Source of the DNA: Chiloscyllium plagiosum
Lineage: Eukaryota
Assembly (NCBI RefSeq): GCF_004010195.1
Contig: NC_057757.1
Coordinates: 4,427,049-4,491,048, forward strand
DNA length: 64,000 nt
Reading direction: 5' to 3'
A program made the position numbers and the translations under genes. Under the pieces are notes generated by a model. The model was not told the DNA's origin, ran no database searches, and worked only from the letters and a program-made list of their open reading frames with translations. Each line of letters begins with the position of its first letter. The first letter of the stretch is position 1. This document shows positions 23,313-34,746 of the stretch, in pieces.

Positions 23313-24170
23313 TGTTTCAGGTCCAGTGACCCTTCCTCAGAACTGATGTTAGCTCGGAAGAAAAAGTTGTTTTTATGCGGCAGATCATAGGGTGAGTGGG
23401 CAAGGCAGCTGGAAGCTCAGGATCTTCTTTGTGGAGAGAATGTGGGTGTTCTGCAAAGTGGTTACCCACTCCACCGTCCATTTCCCCAGCATAGAGGAGG
23501 CCACATTGTGAGCAGTGAATGCAGTAGACTAGATTGTGGGAAGTGTAGGTAAAGTACTGCTTCACCTGGATGGTGTGTTTAGGCCCTTGGATAATGAGGA
23601 GGGAGGATATTACACCTTCTGCGGTTTCAGGGGAAGGTACCGTGTGGCTGGGAGGGGGTGTGGGGTGGGAGTTGGGAGTGAAGGAGGAATAGACCAGGGT
23701 GTCCTGGTGGGAATGGTCCCTATGGAAGGCTGTCAAGGAAGGGGAGGGCAATACGTATCTGGTGGTGGCATCTTCCTGGAGGTGGTGGAAATGACAGCTA
23801 ATGATCCGCTGGGTATGGAAACTGGGGGATGGTATTTAAGGGCAAGGGGGACCCTATCACTGTTGTGGGAGGGGAGAGAGACGGGGGTGAGGGCGGAAGC
23901 TTGGGAGATGGGGTTGCACCCGGCTGAGGGCACTGAAAACTACGGTGCTGGGAAATCCTTGTTTGAGGAAGAAAGTGGACATTTTGAAGGCTGCCTTGTC
24001 AAATTTGGCGTCATGAGACACGATGCGATGGAGATAGAGGAACTGAGAGGATGGAATAGAGACTTTACAAGAGGCAGGGTGTGAGGGTGTATCGTCAAGG
24101 TAATTGTGGGAGTGGGTTAGTGGATATTGGTGGCCAGTCTATCTCCTAAAATAGATATAGAGATGTCGAA
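23313..24170 (-). mobile_element. Penelope-like retroelement fragment (linker and GIY-YIG endonuclease)
   Basis: DRVPLALKYHP linker and FTYTSHNLVYCIHCSQCGLLYAGE...FAEH GIY-YIG motif; ends in a hammerhead-like motif at 23340-23313. Confidence 0.88.
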
Positions 24171-24680
24171 CACCCTCCCTTGGCAGCCTTCCGCTATGTC
24201 TGTTACCTCCAAAAAATAACCCTAAGCTTCCAGTTGACTGCCACTTTACACAGCACCCTGATCCCTGGCCAACATCTCCGTCTCAGACTCACTGCAGTTT
24301 TCCAGTGAAGCCCAGCACAAGCTGGAAGAACAGCATCTCATTTTCTGCTTGGGAACTCAACAGCTTTCTTAGCTCAAAATCAAATTCACCGATTTAAGGG
24401 TTTGAGCTCCTGATCCACACTTACCAGAGCCCCAACACACCAAGCCAAGTTATCACATGGTGTGCTACTACACACAACTCATTGTTTACTACTAACATTT
24501 CCTATTAGCAAATACTAATTCTCCCAGGCTGACTGTCATGCAGCCCCTTACCTGTCCAACAGTTTTTCTCTGCTTCCACCTATTGTTTACTCCTTAGACC
24601 TGCACCCCCACCCTTTTTTCTGCATGGAAACCACCATTTTCCGAGCTACCATCAGTTCTCAAGAAGACTCACTGCAGAAG
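24171..24680 (+). mobile_element. Penelope-like element 3' portion, inverted relative to 23313-24170
   Basis: Encodes LPVDCHF, LANISVS and SSEAQHKLEEQHLIFCLGTQQ (GIY-YIG C-terminus), then a terminal sequence complementary to about 23325-23380. Confidence 0.8.
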
Positions 24681-24689
24681 AATCACTGA

Positions 24690-25791
24690 AAAGGTTTTTA
24701 AGTTTGTCTTTAAAACCACATGTAGAATGAAACATGAGTATCCAGTTCTCCCAGTTCAGTGTTTGGCTTTGGTTTGGTTTTTGCAAGCACTCAGTTTGAA
24801 ACTGTTGTGAACCCATTGTCACAAAGCTGGTCCTTTTTTCTAAAAGCTGGTCCTTTTCTCAAGGATAACGTGTCCTTGTTTTTTTTTCCAGAGGGCTGTA
24901 ACACAGCCCAGGCTGCGAATCAGCTGGTTAGGTACACAGATGAAAGAGTTTACTGAGAGGCCTTTCTGTTGATACATAAACAAATGAGACTTTCGGCCAA
25001 AGATTTCATGTTTTAGAAGTGACCTGTATAATGAAAGGGGAGTGGTCATTGATAAAAGCTGAAGGCTTGAGTATTAGTTCACTTCAGCAGTGGGCTGTGT
25101 AGAAACAGGCTGTTAGACTCTCTCTCCTGCTGCCCTTCTAACGTTGACCTGTAAGTCGCTGTTTCAGTTTTACTCTATGTTAAAGGGGTTTGTTTATTGG
25201 GACTGTTGCACGTATATTTCGGAACAGCATAGTTAAGTCTAGTTTGGATAGATTAAGTTCTGTGGGTATTCTATATTCTGTTCTTTGTGCTTCATTCCAT
25301 AATTTTGTGCATAGATATTTGTCTGTTTTAAAACCTGGCAGTCAACCTAGCTAACTTACTCCGGGTAATTTTCACTGTACACTTACTGAAACAAATTGCT
25401 AAGGTATGGTCTGGGCTGCCTGCTTAAGGATGTTTTGGGTGGTCTGGCCGAGTCCATAACACCCAGAGAAGGTGCTAGGAACCCAAAGAAACAGCTCCAT
25501 GCTGATTTTCTCTCTCTTTGGGGGGTGGTGTTTATGCAGATGTTGCAAGTATTTGGCACAGCATCATTAAGTTACGATAGAGTCAGTTGTGTTTTCAGAT
25601 AGGTTAAATTATTCTAAATTCAGTTCTCTTTTGTTCATTCAGTAGTCTGTAAGTAAATTCTGTTGTGTTTAAAACGGAGCGGTTGGGTCAGCTGCCTCAC
25701 TCCTGGAAATATTGCTTCCAGCAACTAGAACATTTTGGGTCTGGGTTATCTACTTCAAATGTCTAGAAGGGGCCTGGCCTGGTCCATAACA
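24690..25791 (+). mobile_element. LTR-like sequence: two tandem 3' ends in ...gtccataaCA
   Basis: Ends at 25461 and 25791 resemble the LTR end at 27760; the 5' boundary is uncertain. Confidence 0.55.
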
Positions 25792-25869
25792 CTGGATGTG
25801 AGGATATTGGAAGGGTGTTAAAAGAATATTTCTCTTCAGATTTTATTTTCAAAAAGAACACCACATTGG

Positions 25870-26730
25870 TGGAACCTTTTGGGTCTTAATTGATTGCAAG
25901 GGACCACTACCTAAAACAAAAAGTCAGAATCAGTATTTCTGACACTAAGGGATGCGTCCGCTAAATTTCCAGAGACGTTTCCATTCTGCAATATCACAAC
26001 TAAAAGGATTATAGAAGAGTTACTCTTTTTTTTTAAACTGGATATGGACTACCCACAGAGATGTAATCACACCAATGGTCAAATTTTAAATGAACATTAT
26101 TCAGGGAAGTTATGGATAATTTAGGAATAAAACAATAGAAATACACTGTGTAGGTAAATTATTGATTTATTTTCCAGAGGAAAATCAAAATGACCTGGAA
26201 GAGTTATAAAAATCGCAACTGGAGACATGTGGGAGTAAGCTGGGATGTACTTATTTTAATTATGCATGATGTAGATATTGGAAATGCTGCTCCAATTAAG
26301 CAACATCCTTATAGACTTAACCCTCTAAAGTTGGCGCAGGTTCAAAAACAGATTGAAAGCATGCCCAAAGACAACACAATGGAAGTGATTTGCAGTGACT
26401 GGAGCTCAACCTCATTAATATTGCCCAAACCAGATGGTGCCCAATGATTGTGTATGGACAATCACAGTTAAAATGCATTTACAAAGTCTGATTCATATCC
26501 GATTCCATGTTTGGAAGACTGCATTGAGAAGGTGGGATAAGCAACTTATATTTCTAAATTGGACTTTCGCAGATGATACTTGCAGGTACCTTTATCTGAA
26601 AGAGCAAAGACAATTTTGGCTTTTGTGGTACTGAATGAACTATATCAATTTAAGTTCATGTCATCTGGTATGATAAATGCGTCAGCCACATTTCAAAGCC
26701 TAGCAAATAAAGTCATTTCTGGAATAACAA
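25870..26730 (+). mobile_element. Decayed Gypsy pol fragment, integrase followed by RT (Gmr1-like order)
   Basis: VLIDCKGPLPKTKSQNQYF and GYGLPTEM*SHQWSNF (integrase core) at 25880-26150, then HDVDIGNAAPIKQHPYRL...WSS...PKPDG, DSYPIPCLED and YQFKFMSSGMINASATFQ (RT). Confidence 0.88.
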
Positions 26731-26933
26731 TTTATTGTGACTTTGATGAAGAAAGATGGAGGCATTTGTTGGTCGGACTAAATGGACTGAAATTGAATAT
26801 AGCAGTCAATGTCTGTAAGGTTAGAGTCAATGTAATGTATATGTATTGCAATGTCTTAGTATAGGAAGACTGAGGTTTTTAAAAATGAAGCCATCTTTTT
26901 ATATTGATGGTTCTTTTTTTAAGGCGGGGGAGG

Positions 26934-27760
26934 TGTGATGATGCTGTCACTTTAAAAAGGTTATTTTGTTCTGGGTGTTGTTTGCAGTGGGAGTCGAAGA
27001 GTGTGGTCCTGAAAAAGCACAGCCAGTCAGGCAGCATCTGAGGAGCAGGAGAGTCGACATTTCGAGCATAAGCTCTTTATCAGGAATGAAGTATGAGGTG
27101 GAAGGTGAGGCATTCTTCCTTCAGGTGTCAGGAGGTTAGAGATTGGAGGAGGAGGAGGAGGCCAAGGACTTGTATGGAATTGGCAGAGTTGTGGGGGGTG
27201 GGGTTTGGAGTGAGGTTGTAAAGGCAGAGGTGCCGAACCCCAACTGAAAATGGTTTAAGTAAACAACTTCTGAGGTCTTTAGCTTTTTTAATAAAAGTAA
27301 TTGTAACTGGGGGTGGCCAGAGCAGACTTTCTAGTTTGTTTTTAGCTGAAACAGTCAGAAGCTGCTTGGGGTCCCAGAAAATCTGGGAGCTTCAGCAACT
27401 GATTCGTAGCTCCTACTTTCCCTGGGATCTCTCCTGACATTGTTTCCTCCTGGATTAGAGAACTGCATGTAAGTATTTGAATTTACATTTTTTGCCAAGG
27501 GATGTGTTTCTGGGATGTCACTATATTGGAACAGTTAATGCGTTAAAGGTACTGTATCTATTATTCAGTTAAGTTTTCCAATAGTTCAGTTTTTCTAAAT
27601 TCCTGTTTGAATAAATTGTGTTTTGCTTAATGTCGAGCAGTTTGACCAGTCACATCACATCCAGAATGCGCACTTCACATCTACCGCTAAAATAATAAAA
27701 AGGTACCATCTAGTCAACCTCCTTAAAATTTTTCGAGGGAGTCTGGTATGGTGCATAACA
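26934..27760 (+). mobile_element. 3' LTR (TG...CA) preceded by polypurine tract, with a Penelope-derived insert at about 26995-27210
   Basis: aaggcgggggagg|TGTGATG ... gtgcataaCA; AATAAA near 27610. Confidence 0.75.
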
Positions 27761-28205
27761 CCCTCTCTCTCTCTCTCCCCCTTTGTTTGATGTTCTGTCT
27801 CTCTCCCCTGTGTCTGACCTTCTCTCTGTCTCCCCGTGTTTGATCTTGTCTCTTTCACCCAATGTTTGACTTTCTCTCTCTCTGACCTTCTCTCTCTCCC
27901 TGTATATGGCCCATTTTGTCTCCCTGTGTTTGACGTTCTATCTCTCTCTCTCTCTCTCCGTGTTTGACATTCTCTCTCTACCTGGTTGACCCTTTTTCTC
28001 TCCTGTGTTTGATGTCTCTGTCTTGTGTTTGATCTTTATCTCTCTCCTGTTTGACTTTCCCTCTCTTTTGCGCTGTGTTTGACCTTCTCCCTCTATCCCT
28101 GTGTTTGATCTTCTCTCTCTCCCCTCATGATTGATGTTTTCCCTCTCTCCCATGTTTGACCTTCTCTCTTTACCCTCTGCCCATGGTGAACTTTCTCTTT
28201 CTCTG
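27761..28205. repeat. Degenerate CT-rich tandem repeat (ctctctccc-tgtgtttgacctt units)
   Basis: Recurrent tgtttga motif about every 25-30 bp. Confidence 0.8.
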
Positions 28206-28287
28206 CTCCTTTCCCACTCCCTGCACAACCACAGGAGAAGCTGCCGTGGATGAGCTACATCTCCCCAGCTGCCAGCAAATGGGGAGA

Positions 28288-28622
28288 TTATGGCCTAGTA
28301 TTATTGCTGGACTCTTAACCCGAGTAATGTTCTGGGGACCTGATATCTAATCCTGACACGGCAGATGGTGGAATTTGAATTCAATAATATCTGGAATCAA
28401 GAGTCTGTGGTGACCAGGAATCCACTGTCCATTGTTGGGAAAACCCATCTGGTTCACTAATGTCCTTTAGGGAAGGAAACTGCTGTCCATACCTGGCTTG
28501 GCCTATATGTGACTCCAGACCTACAGCCAATGTGGTTGACTCTTAATTGCCCTCTAGAATTGGGCAATAAATGCTGGTTGTCCAGTGATGCTCTCATCCT
28601 GTTAATGCGTAAAATAAATAAA
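28288..28622 (+). mobile_element. DeuSINE-like (SacSINE1-like) tRNA-derived SINE
   Basis: tRNA-like head, then core aaacccatctggttcactaatgtcctttagggaaggaaa...tgtgactccaga...tgtggttgactcttaa and A-rich end; family name is from recall. Confidence 0.6.
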
Positions 28623-29614
28623 TGAAACTCTGGACAATTCCATGCTTTTTCTTTAAGTTTGATTCCATTTTGAACTTCTTTTTTACTTCAGCACAGATTG
28701 TGGCCTCCTCACCTTGGAACTGGTCTGAAAGAAATAACTGCTTGCCTCTGCCCTCTGTTTCCTGTGTCTCAGTCAGATCCATATCCATGTTTCCTTTATC
28801 CCACTAACTCTGCAGAAAAGCCTCTGAAGTGGACTGTACCGGCTGCATTTTGGAAGCAGTTGTTCACTTTAGCTGCACATCCCTCACCAACACTCCCCAT
28901 TGCCTTGACACAGAATCCAGCAAGTTAAGCTGAATTTGTCCGTAATAAATCTGTGGTGGCTTTCCTGAACCAACATGCCTGTACCTCGGGTTTTGTTTTT
29001 TTTGCTGCTAGAACATAGAACATAGAATAATACAGCTCAGAACAGGCCTTTTGGCCCTCGATGTTGCGCCGACCTCTGAACTATTCTCAGCTCGTCCCCC
29101 TACACTATCCAAAAATCATCCGTGTGCTTATCTAAGGATTGTTTAAATCTCCCTAATGTGGCTGAGTTGACTCCATTAGCAGGCAGGACATTCCACGCCC
29201 TTACCACTCTCTGTGTAAAGAACCTGCCTCTGACATCTGTCTTACATCTATCACCCCTCAATTTGTAGTTTGCTGTTTACCAATTATTTACTTATCTATG
29301 CTAGTTAACTCTGTGATCTGCCTTCATTGCTCGCAAGACAAAGTTTTTCACTCTGTCTCGGTATACATGACAATAAATTTAATTCAATTTAATTCAGTTC
29401 AATTCAATGCCCTTATTGATATGATTTATAATTGTGTTTCATTTCTGAAAGCATTTCCTTCCCACTTTTTCTGCTCTATCTTGGTCTCTCTCTCCCTTTA
29501 GCTCTGCATTTCTTTGCTCTGCCACTTCCTCTCATGGGAATGATGTGATTTTGCCTCCAACAGATTTGATGCAGTAATCCTTCCATTATCACTTGTAATA
29601 TTATAAGAAACAAG

Positions 29615-31390
29615 AAGGTAGCTAGAGAAAGGGTTAATCCACTAAAGGATAAGGAAGGAAGGTCGTGTGTCGAACCTGAGAACATGAGTGAGATTCTGAA
29701 TGATTTCTTTGCATCAGTGCTCACTGAGGAGAGTTACATGATGAATGTTGAGATTAGAGATAGAAGTTTGTTTACCCTGGATCACGTCGACATAAGGAGG
29801 GACGATGTGTTGCGTAGGCTGAAGATTATTTAGGTGGACAAGTGATCAGGACCGGATGGGATCTATCCCAGGTTGCTGAGGAAGGCGAGAGAGGAAATAG
29901 CTGGGGCCCTGACAGATATCTTTGTAGCATCCTTAAACACAGGTGAGGTGCTGGAGGACTGGAGGGTTGTGAATATTGTCCCCCTGTACAAGAAGGGTAG
30001 TAGGGATATTCTGGGTAACTACAGACCAGTGAGCCTGAGGTCAGTGGTGGGAAAGTTGCTGGAGAAGGTACTGAGGGATAAAAACTATTTATATTTGGAA
30101 AATAATGGGCTTATCAGTGATAGGAACATGGTATTGTGTGGGGGAGATTGTGCCTTACCAACTTAATAGAGTTCGTTGACGAAGTGACCAACTTGATAGA
30201 TGAAGGGAGGGCTGTAGATGTCAAATACATGGAGTAAGGTGTTTGATAAGGTTCCCCATGGTAAACAGACGGAGAAAATGAAGTCACATGGTATGCAGGG
30301 TGTTCTAGCTAGGTGGATAAAGGAGACAGAGAGTAGTAGTTGAAGGTAGTTTCTTGAAATGGAGAAAGGTGACCAGTGGTGTTCCACAGGGGTCAGTCCT
30401 GAGGCCACTGTTGTTTGTGATATACATAAATGGTCTGGAAGAGGGTATTACTGGTCTGATCAGTAAGTTTGGAGATGGCACAAAGATTGGTGGAGTAGCA
30501 GCAAACATAGCAGACCATCAAAATTGCAGGAGAATATAGATAGACTGAAGAGTTGGGCAGATAAGTGGCAGATGGAGTTCAATCCAGGCAATGGTGAAGT
30601 GGTGCATTTTGGGAAGTGTAATTCTAGAGCGAACTATACTGTAAATGGAAGAGCCTTGGAAAAAGTTGATGAGCAGAGAGATCTGGGAGTTCAGGTCCAT
30701 TGTACCCTGAAGGTGACTGCACAGGTAGACAGAGTGGTCAAGAAGGCATATGGTATACTTGCCTTCATTGGAAGGAGTATTGCGTATAAGAGTTGGCAAG
30801 TCATGTTAAAATTGTACAAGACATTGATTCGGCCGCATTTAGAATACTGTGTACAGTTCTGGTGGCCACATTACCAAAAGGATGTGAATGCTTTGGAGAG
30901 GGTGCAGAGAAGGTTTACGAGGATGTTGCCTGGTATGGAAGGTGCTAACTATGAAGAGAGGTTGAGTAGGTTAGAATTGTTTTCATTAGAAAAAAGGAGA
31001 TGGTGGGGGGGGGGGGCTTGATTGAGGTCTACAAAATCATGAAAGGTATAGACAGGGTGGATAGAGATAAGCTTTTTCCCAGGGTGAGGGATTCAGTAAC
31101 GAGAGGTCCCGCTTTCAAGTTGAGAGGTGAAATGTTTAGGGAGGATACACGGGGAAAGTACTTCACACAGAGGGTGGTAGGTGCCTGGAATGCGTTGCCA
31201 GCAGAGGTGGTAGAGGCAGGCATGGTAGATTAATTTAAGATGCATCTGGACAGATGCGTGAGTAGGTGGGGAGCAGAGGGATCCAGATGCTTAGGAATTG
31301 GGCAACAGGTTTAGACAGTGGATTTGGATTGGCTCAGGCTTGGAGGGCCGAAGGGCCTGCTCCTGGACTGTAAATTTTCTTTGTTCTTTG
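29615..31390 (+). mobile_element. CR1-type LINE, about 1.8 kb 5'-truncated copy
   Basis: GNYRPVSL, VPQGSVLRPLLFVIYIN, FGDGTKIGG and [11 protein letters not shown] motifs with frameshifts; tail ttctttgttctttg. Confidence 0.95.
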
Positions 31391-32087
31391 CAACAGAAAG
31401 TATTCAGCAGCAATGCTTCACCCAGAGACTGGTCGGCCTGTGGAAGACCTTGACACAGACCATTTTTGAGGCCAAAACATAGAATGTTTGCAAGAAGGTG
31501 ATGGGTAAGGGAATTAAACGACTTGGAACATAATAAAAGAACAGGGGACTGACTTGAATGATCAGTTCTGACGATATAACATGGCAGAGCAGACTGGAAA
31601 GGCTGAATGGCCTACTCCTGTTCCTACTATGATTCCTGCAGTACCTCGTGCTTCACGTGTTTCCAGGTAGGATGAGTTCTGTGTTATTATAAACTTCAGG
31701 ACACATGCCAGGATACAGCGATAATGTCATTAGCATGTCTCTTAAAGGTGTACTGACATAACAGCATCGAACACAACAGGGATTGTATCTTGACTCCAGC
31801 CAAAATACTTCTCATTTTAACAGATAATTTCTTGCCTTATGGTGTGCTCTGCCAAACTTTGACTCCAATTTAGTCACAGAGTCATACAGCAATAAAGACA
31901 GGCCCTTCGGCCCATCATGCCTACACCAACCAACAAACACCAAACTATACCATTCTCATTTACCTGCACTTGGTCAACAGTGCCCTGGCATGTTAAGTGC
32001 TCATTTAGGTGATTCTTCATTGTTATGAGAGTACCTATCTCCACCAACCTCTCAGGCAGTATGTTTCCGTGTCTGTATCCGTCGCAG

Positions 32088-32411
32088 CCGGCATGGTGGT
32101 TCAATGGTTAGTACCGCTGTCTCACAGCACCAGAGACGTGGGTTTGATCCCCACATCGAGTGACTACCTGTGTGGAGTTTGCACATTCTCCCTGTGTCTG
32201 CGTGGGTTTCCTCCGGGTGCTCCAGCTTCCTCCCACGATCACAAAGATGTGCAGGTCAGATGAATTGCTCATACTAAATTGCCCATAGTGTTAGGTGCAT
32301 TAGTCTGGCGTAAATACAGGGAATGAGTTTGGATGGATTACTCGTCAGAGGGTCGGTGTGGAATTGTTGGGGCTGAAGGGCCTGTTTCTATACAGTTGGG
32401 AATCTAATCTA
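32088..32411 (+). mobile_element. HE1/V-SINE-type SINE
   Basis: tRNA head, V-domain core, aatctaatct tail. Confidence 0.88.
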
Positions 32412-32414
32412 AAA

Positions 32415-33870
32415 ATAAATTCCGCAGATCCCCTCTAAATCAATTACTCCTCACCTTAAACTTACACACTCTGGTCTTAGACACATTTATTATGGGGAAA
32501 AGACTCTCACAATTCATCAGCCCCCTCTGCTCCAGGGAAAACATACCCAGCCTATCCAGTCTCTCCTTATAACTGAGACTTTCCATCCCAGGCAACATCC
32601 TGGTGAATTTCCTTTGCACCTTCTTCAGTGCGGGCACATCCATTCTATATTGTGGCGAGCGGAACTGCACACAGTATTCCATCTGTGGCCGAACCAACAT
32701 GTTCCCAACTTGTAAAAACAATTCCTTTCCCCTATATGCTACAGCCCGGTTAATGAAGGCCAGCATCTCGTCTGCCTTCCTCATCACCCGGTCCACCTGA
32801 GCTGACGCCTGTGAATGTATCCATTGGTGTTCCTTTTTCTCTTCAGTACTCCCTAGGAAACTATTCACTGTCTATATCCTTCCCTTAATAGACTTGAACA
32901 TAGAACATTCCAGCGCAGTACAGGCCCTTCGGCCCTCAATGTTGTGCTGACCTGTGGAACCAATCTGAAGCCCATCTAACCTACACTATTCTGTTTTCAT
33001 CTCTATATCTATCCAATGCCCATTTAAATGCCCTTAAAGTTGGCGAGTCTACTACTGTTGCAGGCAGGGCATTCCACACCCCTACTACTCTATGAGTAAA
33101 GAAACTAGCTCTAACATCTGTCCTATATCTATCACCCCTGAATGTAAAGCTGTATCCCCTCATGCTAGCCATTGCCAACTGAGGAAAAAGGCTTTTACTG
33201 TCCAACCTATCTAACCCTCTGATTATCTTATATGTCTCAATTAAGTCACCTCTCAACCTTCTTCTCTCTAATGAAACAGCCTCAAGTCCCTCAGCTTTTC
33301 CTCATAAGACATTCCCTCCATGCCTGGCAACATCCTAGTAAATCTCCTCTGAACCCTTTCCACAGCTTCCACATCCTTCCTATAATGCGGTGACCAGAAC
33401 TGTACGCAAAGCTCCAAGTGTGGCCACACCACAGTTTTGCCCAGCTGCAGCATGATCTCATGGTTCCGAAACTCAATCTCTCTATCAATAAAAGCTAACA
33501 TACCGTATGCCTTCTTAACAACCCTATCAACCTGGGTGGCAACTTTCAAGGATCTATGTACCTGGATCCCTTTGCTCATCTACATTACCAAGCATCTTAC
33601 CATTACCCCAGTACTCTGCATTCCTGTTACTCCTTCCAAAGTGAATCATCTTACACTTTTCCGCATTAAACTAAATTTGCCACGTCTCAGCACAGCTCTG
33701 CTGCTTATCTATGTCTCTCTGAAACCTACAACATCCTTCATCACTATCCACAACTCTACCGACCTTAGTGTCACCTGCCAATTTACTAACCCCTCCTTTC
33801 TATGCCGTCATCCAGGTCATTTATATAAATGACAAACAACAGATCCTTACGGTACCCCACTCGTAACTTC
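32415..33870 (-). mobile_element. Two adjacent CR1-type LINE fragments
   Basis: ORFs 32440-32868(-), 32981-33256(-) and 33268-33579(-) all carry ORF2 C-terminal motifs. Confidence 0.9.
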
Positions 33871-34059
33871 TCAAAATGCATCACCTCACCATTACCAGCA
33901 TTAAATTCTATCTACCATTGTTTTGCTCAATTTACCAGCTGATCAATATCAGACTGTAACCCAAGACCATCCTGTTTACTATCAACAACACCAATTTTGT
34001 GTCATCTGCAAACTTACCAGTTATACCCATTCATGTACGTAACAAACAGCAAGGGTTCC

Positions 34060-34746
34060 ATCATCAGTCAAGGATATTCAGCCTCGGATCTTCGGGTGAC
34101 CATCCTCCAAGGCAGACTTTGGGATTCACACCAATGCAGTGTCACCGAGCACAGGTTGGTAGCCAAGTTCAATACCCCTGAGGATGGTCTCAACCAGGAC
34201 CTTGGGTTCATGTCACACTACAGGTGACCCCAATACACTACACACACACACAGGCACACACAACCTTACACACTCACACTGACCATCTCTCATAGACATG
34301 TTGTCTCTCAGACATACACACACATCCCCACACTTGCACTGAAGTGCATATCCTCTAACAGACATGTATTCTGTCACACTTGTGTGCGCACGCACACACA
34401 CTCTCTCTCTCCCACAAACATATACACCCACACTCTTTCTCACTCTCTCTCTCCCATTCATGCACACGCATACACACTCTCCCTCTCTCCCATATACGCA
34501 CACACTCTATGGGATGAATTTGCATTTGCAGATACGTTATATTTTGTTCAATGCATCACATCAGTTGTATGATACTTTGATCTTTTACTAGAAATTCTGT
34601 GTCCTATGTTCCTGCCCCACTAGCTACCTGATGAAGGAACAATGCTCTGAAAGCTAGTGCTTCCAAATAAGCCTATTGGGCTATAACCTGGTGTTGTGTG
34701 ATTTTTAACTCTGTCCATCCCAGTCCAACACCGGAGTCTCCACATC
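34060..34746 (+). mobile_element. Penelope-like element 3' end (family B) with (CA)n-rich UTR and terminal hammerhead motif
   Basis: ...VTEHRLVAKFNTPEDGLNQDLGFMSHYR* GIY-YIG tail, then CA-rich tract and terminal sequence shared with 7350-7445 and 19940-20045. Confidence 0.8.
34622..34661 (+). ncRNA. Minimal hammerhead ribozyme motif, family B, core intact
   Basis: agctac-CTGATGA-A-GGAAC-aat-GCTCT-GAA-AGCT-A-gtgct: palindromic AGCT, CUA triplet, short stem I tac/gtg. Confidence 0.65.

Noticed and set aside
28234..28950. Possible plus-strand exons (acceptors near 28233 and 28690, AATAAA near 28944)
   Set aside because: No consistent frame, donor or homology; the first acceptor follows a CT-rich repeat and runs into a SINE.
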